A stretch of 64,000 nt of DNA from a virus: positions 64,001 to 128,000 of the IMG/VR virus record IMGVR_UViG_3300020048_000024. One strand, given 5' to 3'. The position numbers and the translations under genes were made by a program. Positions within the stretch are counted from its first letter, which is position 1, and every line of letters begins with the position of its first letter. The notes beneath the pieces are model-generated. The model ran no database searches, was not told where the DNA came from, and saw only the letters and a program-made list of their open reading frames with translations. Positions 41,516 to 51,319 of this stretch are shown here, piece after piece.

Positions 41516-41938
41516 ATGACAACGTTCGTAACAGATAAAAAAACAATAATTAATGCAGTATTATTGTTGTTGCCAGAGGATGAGACGGAAACGTTAGATA
41601 TCGCTATGAAAACGTGGTGGACTAATATCAGACGAACAGAAGGTTTGGGATTAACTGGTGGTTTGGGATTAACCGAGCATGGAGACAGCATGTTTCAGCT
41701 TGCTAAATTAGAAAGTAGTGATTTTGAAATTACTCCTGACCCGACTATTGGTCTGTTATTCATGGCGATAATGATAAATCGAGAACTTACTTGTCCTCAT
41801 TTTTTATATTATGTAAAAAAGAAAAGATATATCAGATTATATGACAGTAGAATAGCAATGTTGATAGCATTAGAGGGTAGTATAAATCAATACATATCAA
41901 AGATAGTAAATAGAAAAAAGGAAATTGACAATGACTGA
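41516..41938 (+). CDS. Hypothetical protein
   Basis: ORF in operon. Confidence 0.7.
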   Translation: MTTFVTDKKTIINAVLLLLPEDETETLDIAMKTWWTNIRRTEGLGLTGGLGLTEHGDSMFQLAKLESSDFEITPDPTIGLLFMAIMINRELTCPHFLYYVKKKRYIRLYDSRIAMLIALEGSINQYISKIVNRKKEIDND

Positions 41939-42116
41939 ACCAAATCGTAATCCAAATCCATTTATTCGAGCAGCAATGGCAGCAAAAGAAGTCAGAGAAC
42001 AAAAGTTTAATATTGATGGAGTTCAAGACAAAGTAGCTCAAGTTGGAAAAGCACCGAAGATAATGGCAATTCCAAGAGCAGTAAAAGTACTACGTAAAGC
42101 TGGTCGTGGTAGATAA
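41931..42116 (+). CDS. Small basic protein
   Basis: AAGGA RBS; ends RKAGRGR. Confidence 0.6.
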   Translation: MTEPNRNPNPFIRAAMAAKEVREQKFNIDGVQDKVAQVGKAPKIMAIPRAVKVLRKAGRGR

Positions 42117-42225
42117 TATATAATTATATTATGTTGCTATACAGCATAAGTAAGATTGAAGAACACAATTCTTCAATCATAATTTGAGAATTACAATTTC
42201 TCATACACACATACAGGAGAAAATT

Positions 42226-42390
42226 ATGAAAATGTACACTATGTTACAACGGCTTGCGGAAATGTTTCCCAAGCAAGACTATCACACCAGACTAGAAAGA
42301 TATCTATCATCAAAAAATATTAAATGCATATCGGACGTAGAACACTGGGCAAAGCAATTTGAACAACACTCTGATAAAGGATTAATATAA
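42226..42390 (+). CDS. Small protein, possibly DUF3563-like
   Basis: CA-rich leader plus AGGAG; LERYL......DVEHW pattern. Confidence 0.5.
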   Translation: MKMYTMLQRLAEMFPKQDYHTRLERYLSSKNIKCISDVEHWAKQFEQHSDKGLI

Positions 42391-42536
42391 TGAAATCGTC
42401 AATTAAAAAAGTAGCAGTGGCAGTTTACTCGTTTATCGAGCATATCGGAAGAGCCAGAGCGGCAGGAATATTTGCTAGATCGGGTAACTTCGAAGCAGCC
42501 AAAGCAATAATGATGTCAGACAAGAAACTAGCTTGA
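42390..42536 (+). CDS. Small hypothetical protein (not in ORF track)
   Basis: AAGGA RBS; GRARAA..FAR.G..EAAK. Confidence 0.55.
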   Translation: MKSSIKKVAVAVYSFIEHIGRARAAGIFARSGNFEAAKAIMMSDKKLA

Positions 42537-42622
42537 CCGAATTACTTGATTGTTTGTTAACAATCTAGTATACTTAGTACACATTGCGAAAGCAATGTCA
42601 GACATACACACAGGAGACTATT

Positions 42623-42889
42623 ATGTCATTTGAAACACCAAAACTACCAGAAGTTAAATTCAACAAGAACGGCTATGAAATTCGTACAGAAATCTTAGAT
42701 ATGGCCAAAAGCATGGTTAGTGAAGAATTTCACGCCAAGTTTTTAGGATGGGAAATGTCTACTGCCAAAGATGAAAAAACAGGCAAGTTAGTTACTACCG
42801 TTGGTATGCCAGAATTTCCAGGACTTGATAAAGTTTTGGAAACAGCCGAAAAAATGTATGCATTTGTTGACAGAGGCTCTAAGAAGTAA
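42623..42889 (+). CDS. Hypothetical phage protein (KNGYEIR motif)
   Basis: AGGAG RBS; start reassigned. Confidence 0.75.
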   Translation: MSFETPKLPEVKFNKNGYEIRTEILDMAKSMVSEEFHAKFLGWEMSTAKDEKTGKLVTTVGMPEFPGLDKVLETAEKMYAFVDRGSKK

Positions 42890-42892
42890 TAC

Positions 42893-43183
42893 ATGAAAGA
42901 AATTCTATTCAATATAGTTGAATGGATTAGCCAAGATTTTAAAAGCAACAAAGTTCGTTGTGTTTTAGAAATCTTGGCTTGGTTTTTGAGTGTAACTTGT
43001 TCAGTCATTATGATGTTTACTGTGCCCACTCCTCCATTTCTTATATTATATCCAATGTTCATTGCTCAATGTATAATATTTGCATGGGCGTCCTACACTA
43101 GACGATCATTTGGAATGTTAGCCAATTATATGTTATTGAGTACTATCGATCTAGTTGCTCTTACTAGATTAGTCATGATGTAA
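42893..43183 (+). CDS. Membrane protein (about 3 TM segments)
   Basis: Hydrophobic segments. Confidence 0.7.
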   Translation: MKEILFNIVEWISQDFKSNKVRCVLEILAWFLSVTCSVIMMFTVPTPPFLILYPMFIAQCIIFAWASYTRRSFGMLANYMLLSTIDLVALTRLVMM

Positions 43184-43252
43184 TATATTTGAACTAAATA
43201 TGTCATATGATTGTAACAATCATATTATACGAACTGAAAAACGGACAAAAAA

Positions 43253-43411
43253 ATGAGCAAAATTCGTTGTGTGCAGTGTCAGATCAATTTTAAGAATTAC
43301 TTTACATTTTCTCAACACAATTGTGTCGTAAAAGAAGAAGAAATGTCATCAAAAGAGTTGTTGCGCCGTTACAACACTTCAAAAATACCCATTGACGATA
43401 AGTCCGACTAG
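43253..43411 (+). CDS. Small putative Zn-finger protein (not in ORF track)
   Basis: CVQC...HNC. Confidence 0.45.
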   Translation: MSKIRCVQCQINFKNYFTFSQHNCVVKEEEMSSKELLRRYNTSKIPIDDKSD

Positions 43412-43445
43412 TGATATAATATACACATACACTAGAGAAAAGGAC
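43392..43445 (+). promoter_or_regulatory. sigma70 promoter plus CA-rich leader
   Basis: TTGACG-17-TATAAT; leader TATAATATACACATACACTAGAGAAAAGGA identical to the 15316 copy. Confidence 0.8.
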
Positions 43446-43450
43446 AGAAA

Positions 43451-43582
43451 ATGCTTGCTATTGATACTCGGTCTAATCGTGTGGTTCGTGTAATTGGTCG
43501 TACTATTTTGAAGGATTTCTTAGTACGTTTGCCGTCTGGAACACGAGATTCTGTGCCTGTTGCTTACATTAAACTGTTGTAA
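43451..43582 (+). CDS. Small early protein (43 aa, not in ORF track)
   Basis: AAGGA RBS between two promoter cassettes. Confidence 0.55.
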   Translation: MLAIDTRSNRVVRVIGRTILKDFLVRLPSGTRDSVPVAYIKLL

Positions 43583-43655
43583 AAATACAACACTGTTATT
43601 TGACAATAAATCCACTTTACTGTACAATGTACACTTACACTAGAGAAAAAGGAAC
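43575..43655 (+). promoter_or_regulatory. Palindrome plus sigma70 promoter plus CA-rich leader
   Basis: TGTTG-N8-CAACA, 7 bp gap, TTGACA(43600)-17-TACAAT. Confidence 0.85.
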
Positions 43656-43660
43656 AGTAC

Positions 43661-44903
43661 ATGACTAAAGCACGCAAGCCCACTCATATCAAAGCGTTGA
43701 ACGTAGAACTCATGGAACTCTTTCGTCAGCACAAAGTAGGGTTGATCACTGACATTGAGTTTCTTCAATACTGTCAAGAGATTCAAGACTCTTACGCTAA
43801 GTTAGATATGACTGGGCTGTACGATGGCAATGGTATTCGCTTCACTAGCAACCCTTTTGTTAAGTAAGGAGTAGTTAATGACTACAGCAACTTATCAAGC
43901 TCTGACTGAGCAAGAGAAACGTGAAGTTAGTATGTTCGGCGTTACTGAGCAGGGCATGCGTCAAGCAGTCGAGTCTAGCTCTTCTTTTCGTTATGGCGAA
44001 TTCGCTATGATCGCTGCCAGTATGATGAGCGATGCTCAAGAAATGATGGCTTACGAACAGCCAGACTTCAACACGATTGAAGATCAGCGTCAATTGCTGA
44101 ATCGTGCTAAATGGGTATTGTTTGAATATGTCTTAAATAAGGATTAAAATGTTTGATCGTGAAAAAGCAATTGGCGTATTAGTTGAATTATTGGTAGAAG
44201 ATTTCAATCAAGGCGTATTGTGTTTAGACGATATGCTTATTGACGGTTATCGTGGCATTGGCGATCTTTCCGATGAGGAACTAATGGTAGAATTAGAAGA
44301 TCGTGACGTTTCTTATTTACTCGGAGACAATGATGAATAAGCGTATTGTACTTACGATAGTGGTTGAAATTGACAAAGATGCTGATGTCAGCGACTTTAT
44401 TCAAGAATTAGACTATAATATTACTCATCCGACCATTGTCGTTACCGACATGGAACTTGTTGATATCTCGGAAACTTACAGCGGAGATTTAAAATGAATT
44501 GGAATTTAGAAGGCATGAAAGTCGAAGGCACTTACATGGGCGAATTCCCTGTAACTGGGAAAGTCGAATACAGTCGAGTAAAATACGGCGGAGAAGTCAC
44601 TCATGGCGTTGTATTAGATACTCCAATCATGGTTTATGGTGCCTTGCGTGAGCGAGTTAATCTCGAACACAAATATATCGATCGCGTTAGTGACGATAAT
44701 CGAGAATTTGCGTAATGGGCAAAGTCAAAGCGTGGTACATGGAATTAATCGAACAAAACCCCGAATGGGGGTTTGACCCGCCAGATTATGAAATGGTCAT
44801 TATGGACAATTCTGAATCGCGGCGCCCACTTACGGTGGAAGAAATTAATTTTATTATCACTGAAGCATCAAAAATGGATAAGTCCAGTTCAAAAAACTCT
44901 TGA
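43661..44903 (+). other. Cluster of six small early ORFs (43661, 43878, 44149, 44330, 44494, 44715)
   Basis: Tightly packed, RBS-bearing ORFs with no recognisable motifs. Confidence 0.7.
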
Positions 44904-44996
44904 CTTTAAATCCATTATCAAGTATACTATAGTTTCAATGAAACATTGTGAGTATCATCTGGGTTCACAATTGTTTCTTATATATTCTCCAGATGT
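44900..44996 (+). promoter_or_regulatory. sigma70 promoter followed by an H-type pseudoknot leader
   Basis: TTGACT-17-TATACT; S1 44940-52 with 44964-77; S2 CATCTGG with CCAGATG. Confidence 0.6.
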
Positions 44997-45019
44997 TTTA
45001 ATCTTTAAGGAAATACAAA

Positions 45020-45457
45020 ATGGCTAAGCGTGATACTCTTTGGACTTGTGTCGGAATCACTAAACACGTTGGATCTAATAACTTAGAAGTTGTTAAGGTT
45101 CGATGTGGCGTGGATCTCACTCGTCGCATTAAATCGTCACAATCAAAGTCGTATGTTAAAAGCAAGGGCGAGAAATTGACCGAAGTTCGTACAGACTTTA
45201 TCAATCTTCCCACTCCGATGCTACGTCTAGAGGCACTTCAGTTTGCTCTAGCTGCTTCTGAATTTCAATCGCCGGAAGATCAGGCATTGATTCAGGAACA
45301 AATTGATACTCGTACTCCAAAAGCACCTCGTGTGCCAAAAGAAAAGAAAGAAAAAGTGGTCAAGGCTAAAAAAGCTACAGTATCACTGGACTCTATCAAG
45401 ACTCGCGGCAAACGAAAAGCATCAGTAGAAGATGTTTTGAACGCTGTTGCTGAATAA
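45020..45457 (+). CDS. Hypothetical protein with Lys-rich tail, possibly nucleic-acid binding
   Basis: TAAGGA RBS; basic C-terminus. Confidence 0.75.
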   Translation: MAKRDTLWTCVGITKHVGSNNLEVVKVRCGVDLTRRIKSSQSKSYVKSKGEKLTEVRTDFINLPTPMLRLEALQFALAASEFQSPEDQALIQEQIDTRTPKAPRVPKEKKEKVVKAKKATVSLDSIKTRGKRKASVEDVLNAVAE

Positions 45458-45471
45458 GCGATAGCCTCGTC

Positions 45472-45507
45472 AATCGATGACTAGAATTTTACTAGTCATC
45501 GATTTTT
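45472..45507 (+). terminator. Intrinsic terminator
   Basis: AATCGATGACTAG...CTAGTCATCGATT followed by T-run. Confidence 0.8.
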
Positions 45508-45538
45508 GCATGCAATGCCTGAAAAAGATAAGTACTAG

Positions 45539-46741
45539 ATGACTACTATATTAAACTGTTCATTCTGCACTAAACACAAAAATGCTGTTAAGAAATTAAT
45601 AGTCAGTGAAAGCTCCGCGATCTGTAATAATTGTATAGATTTATGTACAGAATTGCTTATCAACGACAATGAAGATGACATAACCACTGAGTCTTCTAGC
45701 TCATTGTATCCGGATGATATCAAGCGATTTCTAGATGAATATATCGTTGGTCAAGATCATGCAAAGAAAATTATAAGTGTGGCTGTTGCCAATCACTATA
45801 AAAGAATCAATAATAAAAGTGACACTAACATACAAAAAAGTAATGTATTGATTGTTGGGCCAACTGGTTCTGGAAAAACATTGCTTGCCAAAACTGTAGC
45901 AAAATATCTGGACGTACCGTTTGTAATCGCGGACGCAACTTCACTTACTGAAGCTGGGTATGTCGGAGACGATGTTGAGTCAATGATTGGTAGACTAGTA
46001 GCAGCGGCTGGAGGAGACATTGAAAAAGCTCAACGTGGAATCGTATTCATTGACGAGATCGATAAAATTTCTAGAAAATCAGAAGGCGCATCCATCACTC
46101 GTGACGTTAGCGGCGAAGGTGTTCAGCAAGCACTATTAAAATTGGTAGAAGGCACTGTCTGTAGAATTCCTCAAAGTGGAAGAAGAAAAAACCCCAGTCA
46201 AGAAATGCTAGAAGTAGATACTACTAATATTCTCTTTATCGCAGGCGGGGCATTCGTTGGATTAAAAGACATTGTTGCAAAAAGATTAGATGGAAACAGC
46301 ATAGGATTTGCTGCTAGAATGGCTGACAAATTGGTGATTACGAATTATCTAGAAAAATTGATGCCAGATGATCTGACCAAATACGGAATGATTCCTGAAT
46401 TTACAGGTAGATTTCCTAGTCTAGTCAATATCACTGAACTTAACAAAGAGCAACTTGTTAGCATACTGACTAGTGTGAAAAATAATTATATTCAGCAATA
46501 TGTATATCTTCTTGGGCTAGATAATATTGAATTGACTTTTGGGCCAGACGCAATCGATCAAATAGCAGAAAATTGTCTGAAATTAAAAACAGGCGCTAGA
46601 GGGCTGCACAGTGAAATAGAACGAGTACTTCTACCTCATATGTATGATGCTCAAAGTTATCAAAAGAGCAACATAACCGAGATAAATATCAATAAAGAGT
46701 TAGTAGATAATCCAGTAGTAATAACAAAAGGTGAATTATGA
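45539..46741 (+). CDS. clpX: ATP-dependent Clp protease ATPase subunit
   Basis: CSFC..IC..C zinc domain, [35 protein letters not shown] loop, GARGL. Confidence 0.96.
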   Translation: MTTILNCSFCTKHKNAVKKLIVSESSAICNNCIDLCTELLINDNEDDITTESSSSLYPDDIKRFLDEYIVGQDHAKKIISVAVANHYKRINNKSDTNIQKSNVLIVGPTGSGKTLLAKTVAKYLDVPFVIADATSLTEAGYVGDDVESMIGRLVAAAGGDIEKAQRGIVFIDEIDKISRKSEGASITRDVSGEGVQQALLKLVEGTVCRIPQSGRRKNPSQEMLEVDTTNILFIAGGAFVGLKDIVAKRLDGNSIGFAARMADKLVITNYLEKLMPDDLTKYGMIPEFTGRFPSLVNITELNKEQLVSILTSVKNNYIQQYVYLLGLDNIELTFGPDAIDQIAENCLKLKTGARGLHSEIERVLLPHMYDAQSYQKSNITEININKELVDNPVVITKGEL

Positions 46742-46947
46742 AAGTAGTAATTAGAGATGGACAATCGTTTGAATCAAGTCTACGAAAGTTCAAAAACAAA
46801 GTCGCTGACAGCGGCTTGCTAGAAGAAGTTCGCGCTCGTCAAACTTACGAGAAGCCAACTACTGCTAGAAAAGTAAAAGCAGCAAAAGCCAAGAGTCGTT
46901 GGAAGAAATATCTTCGTAGTCAAGAATTGCCTAAAAAATTATACTAA
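46738..46947 (+). CDS. rpsU: Ribosomal protein bS21
   Basis: FE..LR.FK.KV...G...E.R.R..YEKPT..RK. Confidence 0.9.
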   Translation: MKVVIRDGQSFESSLRKFKNKVADSGLLEEVRARQTYEKPTTARKVKAAKAKSRWKKYLRSQELPKKLY

Positions 46948-46951
46948 TATC

Positions 46952-47533
46952 GTGATTATTGTTTATATACATGGTGCTAATGCCACTGGAAATAGTTTCA
47001 ATTACATCAGACAGAAATTGAAGTATGATAACGAACTAGTATTAGAATACGACAGCAAAGATGGGTTTGACCATAATCTAGAATCAATGATATCTCAATT
47101 AAAAGATTGTAAAGATATGTTTTTTATCTGTCACAGTCTTGGTGGCATCTACTCGGTTCATCTAAGTGACATTTTTTCTAATAATGTACTGGGTGCAGTA
47201 ACGTTGAGTACGCCGTACAATGGGGCAGAAATTGCAAATTACGCCAAGCATTTATTGCCGTTCAGTAAATTATTACGAGATATTGGAACTAATAGTGCTC
47301 CAATTAAAGATTCTTTAAATATTTCAATAAAGCATCCGTGGACAAACATTGTAACCATACAGGGATCAAGTCCTTGGATGGTTAATCCAAACGATGGCGT
47401 AGTTACTATCAAGAGCATGACATGTCGAGATGATATGAATCTCATCGAAATAAAATCGAATCACTACGAAATCATGTTAAACGATGATGTCGTTGATATT
47501 ATTAAAACAAAAATAAAAGAGACTACTAAATGA
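46952..47533 (+). CDS. Alpha/beta hydrolase
   Basis: IHG, HSLGG nucleophile elbow, STP..G, NDGVV, NH. Confidence 0.85.
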   Translation: MIIVYIHGANATGNSFNYIRQKLKYDNELVLEYDSKDGFDHNLESMISQLKDCKDMFFICHSLGGIYSVHLSDIFSNNVLGAVTLSTPYNGAEIANYAKHLLPFSKLLRDIGTNSAPIKDSLNISIKHPWTNIVTIQGSSPWMVNPNDGVVTIKSMTCRDDMNLIEIKSNHYEIMLNDDVVDIIKTKIKETTK

Positions 47534-47739
47534 TTATTGATAAAGAAAAAATCAAAATTGCACATGATTACTTAGATAGTATCGGTGAGGGAATTTTTTT
47601 CACTGGTGGATGGACCGAAGTAAATAAGCTGAATGAGGTTAAGTCAATGTTATTTGAAGCACTAAACGAACCAATACCATGCAATTGCATCGACTTTGAA
47701 AAATGTCAACTCAATGACAGATGTTGTAAAGAAGAATAA
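47530..47739 (+). CDS. Hypothetical protein
   Basis: Coupled ORF. Confidence 0.55.
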   Translation: MIIDKEKIKIAHDYLDSIGEGIFFTGGWTEVNKLNEVKSMLFEALNEPIPCNCIDFEKCQLNDRCCKEE

Positions 47740-47740
47740 A

Positions 47741-48145
47741 ATGGCATATTCAGATAAAGTATTAGATCATTACGAAAATCCAAGAAATGTAGGATCATTT
47801 GCAAAAGATGATAATGAAGTTGGCACTGGTATGGTCGGGGCTCCCGCTTGCGGAGATGTTATGAAATTACAAATAAAGGTAGATAATGTTACGGGTCTTA
47901 TTACTGATGCAAAATTTAAAACGTACGGATGCGGGTCAGCAATTGCAAGTTCATCACTCGTTACGGAGTGGGTCAAGGGCAAAACACTTGACGAGGCTGG
48001 AAAAATTAAAAATACGGAGATTGCCCAAGAACTAGCACTACCTCCAGTTAAAATACATTGTTCCATCCTTGCAGAAGACGCAATCAAAGCCGCTATAGCA
48101 GATTATAGGAAAAAACATGATGTTACCTCTGAAGTATTGGCCTGA
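47741..48145 (+). CDS. iscU: Fe-S cluster scaffold IscU
   Basis: MAYSDKVLDHYENPRNVG, GAPACGD, GCGSA, LPPVK.HC. Confidence 0.97.
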   Translation: MAYSDKVLDHYENPRNVGSFAKDDNEVGTGMVGAPACGDVMKLQIKVDNVTGLITDAKFKTYGCGSAIASSSLVTEWVKGKTLDEAGKIKNTEIAQELALPPVKIHCSILAEDAIKAAIADYRKKHDVTSEVLA

Positions 48146-48608
48146 TCCAGTGTTATTAAAGTCATGCGAACCGTGGGACTTTAATAATCCCCCAGTTCAA
48201 ACCGATTTTTTAATGGCTGACATGATAGAGACCATGGCTAAAAGTGGTGGCATAGGATTAGCTGCCAATCAAGTTGGGATATCATATCGTGTTATAACAA
48301 TGCACATACAGGAAACTGACGAATATATTACAATGTTCAATCCAGAAATCATATCAATCAGTGAGCATATGTATGTTGCTCGTGAAGGATGTTTAAGTTT
48401 TCCGCGAGTAATGATTGACATTGAAAGACCAAAAACCGTAGAGGCAACTTGGATGAATAGAAATCAACAACTTCAAACTAGAATTTTCAGCGATATTGAT
48501 GCTAAGTGTTTTTTACATGAAATCGATCACTTAAATGGAGTTACTTTTAAGGATCATATTAGTCAACTTAAATTTGACAGAGCAGTTAAAAAGGCAAAGA
48601 AAAAATGA
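48117..48608 (+). CDS. def: Peptide deformylase
   Basis: GIGLAANQ, EGCLS, HEIDHL.G. Confidence 0.95.
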   Translation: MMLPLKYWPDPVLLKSCEPWDFNNPPVQTDFLMADMIETMAKSGGIGLAANQVGISYRVITMHIQETDEYITMFNPEIISISEHMYVAREGCLSFPRVMIDIERPKTVEATWMNRNQQLQTRIFSDIDAKCFLHEIDHLNGVTFKDHISQLKFDRAVKKAKKK

Positions 48609-49411
48609 CAACCCGAATATTAGTAATGGGACTTCCTGGTTCCGGTAAAACAACGATTGCTTCTGCAATCAAAAATCATTTCTTAGACATTAAAAACGAG
48701 GGCTATGGACTTTCGGTAGACTGGTTTAATGCTGATGAAGTTAGAAAGAAATTTAATGATTGGGATTTTAGTCAAACTGGCAGAATTCGTCAGAGTCATA
48801 GAATGGATCAATTAGCATCCGAATCTAAAGCTGATTATGTTATCTGTGATTTTGTCGCACCATTGGTAGAAATGCGTAATAATTTTAAAGCAGATTGGAC
48901 TATCTGGATGGATACTATTGATCAAGGAAGATACGACGATACTAACAAGGCATTTATTCCACCTGAAGTTTATGATTTCCGTGTCACTGAACAGAATGCA
49001 GAAAAATGGTCTGTGTTCATTGTGGATCATATTCTCTCAAATACTCGTCGTTCAGTATTCGATTGGCGTAAAGAAACTGTCCAAATGTTGGGAAGATGGC
49101 AACCATGGCATGACGGTCATCGTGCATTATTTGAACGATTGTTAGAAAAGACTGGTCAAGTTATCATTCAGATTCGTGACGTACAGGGCTGGCAAGATAG
49201 TAATCCGTTCGGTTTAGAAGAAGTCAAGCAACGCATTAGACATGATTTAGATCCATTGTATCAAGGTCAGTACGAGATTCAAGTAGTACCTAATATTGTT
49301 CACATTGGTTGGGGACGTGGAGTTGGCTATACATCAGGTGAAGAAACATTTGACGAAGAGATCACTAAAATTAGCGGCACTGATATTCGTAAACAAATGG
49401 GATTAAAATGA
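48605..49411 (+). CDS. APS-kinase-like domain fused to HIGH-type nucleotidyltransferase domain
   Basis: GLPGSGKT, NAD.VR, FVAP; GRWQPWHDGH, ISGT.IR. Confidence 0.75.
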   Translation: MTTRILVMGLPGSGKTTIASAIKNHFLDIKNEGYGLSVDWFNADEVRKKFNDWDFSQTGRIRQSHRMDQLASESKADYVICDFVAPLVEMRNNFKADWTIWMDTIDQGRYDDTNKAFIPPEVYDFRVTEQNAEKWSVFIVDHILSNTRRSVFDWRKETVQMLGRWQPWHDGHRALFERLLEKTGQVIIQIRDVQGWQDSNPFGLEEVKQRIRHDLDPLYQGQYEIQVVPNIVHIGWGRGVGYTSGEETFDEEITKISGTDIRKQMGLK

Positions 49412-49734
49412 TTACGATAACCGAACGCGCCGCACAGAAGATCGTGAGTAATATCGCTAAGCGTGGTCGTGGTCAGGGTATCAAAGTCGGGGTAAAGACA
49501 ACTGGATGCAGTGGTCTTGCGTATGTGCTGGAGTATTTAGATGAAGCACCGTGTACTTGGGATTGGGTTCAATACGAGCGTGACAATGCAAAAGTTTGGG
49601 TCAATCAAAAAGACTTGGTTTACATCGATGGTCTACAAATCGATTATGTGAAGAAAGGATTGAATGAAGGGTTTGATTTCACAAACCCCAACGAATCTGC
49701 TAGATGTGGATGTGGAGAATCTTTTACAATTTGA
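49408..49734 (+). CDS. iscA: A-type Fe-S carrier IscA
   Basis: GCSG..Y, F.NPN...CGCGESF. Confidence 0.95.
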   Translation: MITITERAAQKIVSNIAKRGRGQGIKVGVKTTGCSGLAYVLEYLDEAPCTWDWVQYERDNAKVWVNQKDLVYIDGLQIDYVKKGLNEGFDFTNPNESARCGCGESFTI

Positions 49735-49810
49735 GTGATGCTGCATAAATAGTAATGTAAGATGCCGAATGGTCGGGTCTTATAAGTCATCTGCCTAACA
49801 GGAGAAAAAC

Positions 49811-50248
49811 ATGACACGTACTCTTACATTACGCTCATTGGACATTCCGTCCATCGCCAAATTCGGAATTGGTTTTGAAAATTCATTCGCTGAATTACTC
49901 AGATTATCCGAACAACAAGCCAACACAAATTATCCACCATACAATGTAGTCAGACAAACTGACGATAAGTTTTACATTGAAATTGCCACGGCTGGGTTTG
50001 CTCAAGGTGAAGTCAAAATTGAACTTGATGCTCAAGTATTGACAATCATTGGGCAAAAATTAGAAAATTCTACTGTAGAATATCTACATCACGGAATATC
50101 TAATAGAAGCTTTGAAAGAAGTTTCAAGCTAGGTGAATACGTGGAAGTATCTGATGCTCATCACAAAGATGGAATTCTTACTATCTATCTAGAACGACAT
50201 GTTCCGGAAGCTATGAAGCCGAAATCTATTGACATTAAGTATACTTGA
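49811..50248 (+). CDS. Small heat-shock protein (IbpA-like Hsp20)
   Basis: YPPYN, A.AGF, YLHHGIS.R.F.R.F.L, DGIL. Confidence 0.93.
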   Translation: MTRTLTLRSLDIPSIAKFGIGFENSFAELLRLSEQQANTNYPPYNVVRQTDDKFYIEIATAGFAQGEVKIELDAQVLTIIGQKLENSTVEYLHHGISNRSFERSFKLGEYVEVSDAHHKDGILTIYLERHVPEAMKPKSIDIKYT

Positions 50249-50311
50249 TAGTATAATAAATACTATTGTGAGTGGTAATATTATCACTCACATCAACACA
50301 AAGGAATCAAT

Positions 50312-50617
50312 ATGAGTAAAGCTGAGATCATTACTAAACTTAAACCAAATCTGAATATTTCAGAACCTTCGTTTTACAAAGTGTTCTATATCAATGACGA
50401 GGTAACTACAATGGAATTCGTAGTAGAGTCATTGGTTCAATATTTTGATCATAGCGAAGATTCTGCTATAACTCTAACCAATGATATTCATGATGTAGGC
50501 AGCGCGGTAGTTGCTATTCTGCCGTATGAAATAGCAGAACAGCGTGGAATTGAAGTAACTATTGATGCTCGTAAACAGGGATTTCCGCTACAAGTTAAGA
50601 TTGAGGCAGCTGCCTAA
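50312..50617 (+). CDS. clpS: Clp adaptor ClpS
   Basis: NDEVTTMEFV, IH..G.A, EIAE, FPL. Confidence 0.9.
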   Translation: MSKAEIITKLKPNLNISEPSFYKVFYINDEVTTMEFVVESLVQYFDHSEDSAITLTNDIHDVGSAVVAILPYEIAEQRGIEVTIDARKQGFPLQVKIEAAA

Positions 50618-51319
50618 TTACAGGTCTATCTTTTTTGGAAAGTATAACAATCCATTCACAACTGGATTGTTTACAAACTGTCTGTCATTTAGTTCAACAT
50701 CAACTGTAAGATCATTAGTTCCAAATAGCCATTTTTTAATTTTACTGTTATTATCGAATAATAAGCTCAAACTTAAATTTAATTCAGTTGGCAAATCTAC
50801 GTTCGGACTATTAAACCCAAAGTATTCTCCCGGAATACTATTGGTAATTATAACTACCTTTTTCACTTCGTCCATAGACTGAACTCTTTTTATACTTAGA
50901 CTAAGATAGCTCAAATCATCGGATCTGTACTCATCTAGAAATTCTAAATCTTCGATACAAGTTATATTTTTTCTGTTACCATACCATCCATTACACCCGA
51001 TAAAAGCGATTCCGTTTAGTATTACTAAATGATTGTGTAAGTAAACAACATTACTTAATCGTTGACACATATTTTTTATTTCTTCTACTCGTATATTATA
51101 GTCTTCTAATCGAGTATGTTCTAAGCTCCCATCAATAAAAAAGACACCTCTGTAGCTATTACTAAGGTGTCCTAATGTATCTTCTAATACTAATAAATCG
51201 TCGCTTACATTACCTGCCACTACACAAAATAAGCTAGTTGATTTTCCTTCCCAATCAAATATATCAGAATCAGTTAAATTCAAATCACTGATCAGATCAA
51301 TGGAAAAATCGTCGTTCAT
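50618..51319 (-). CDS. Degenerate metallophosphoesterase-fold protein
   Basis: SDLNL, AGNV, GSLEH, NNP; metal ligands substituted. Confidence 0.6.
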   Translation of the reverse strand: MNDDFSIDLISDLNLTDSDIFDWEGKSTSLFCVVAGNVSDDLLVLEDTLGHLSNSYRGVFFIDGSLEHTRLEDYNIRVEEIKNMCQRLSNVVYLHNHLVILNGIAFIGCNGWYGNRKNITCIEDLEFLDEYRSDDLSYLSLSIKRVQSMDEVKKVVIITNSIPGEYFGFNSPNVDLPTELNLSLSLLFDNNSKIKKWLFGTNDLTVDVELNDRQFVNNPVVNGLLYFPKKIDL

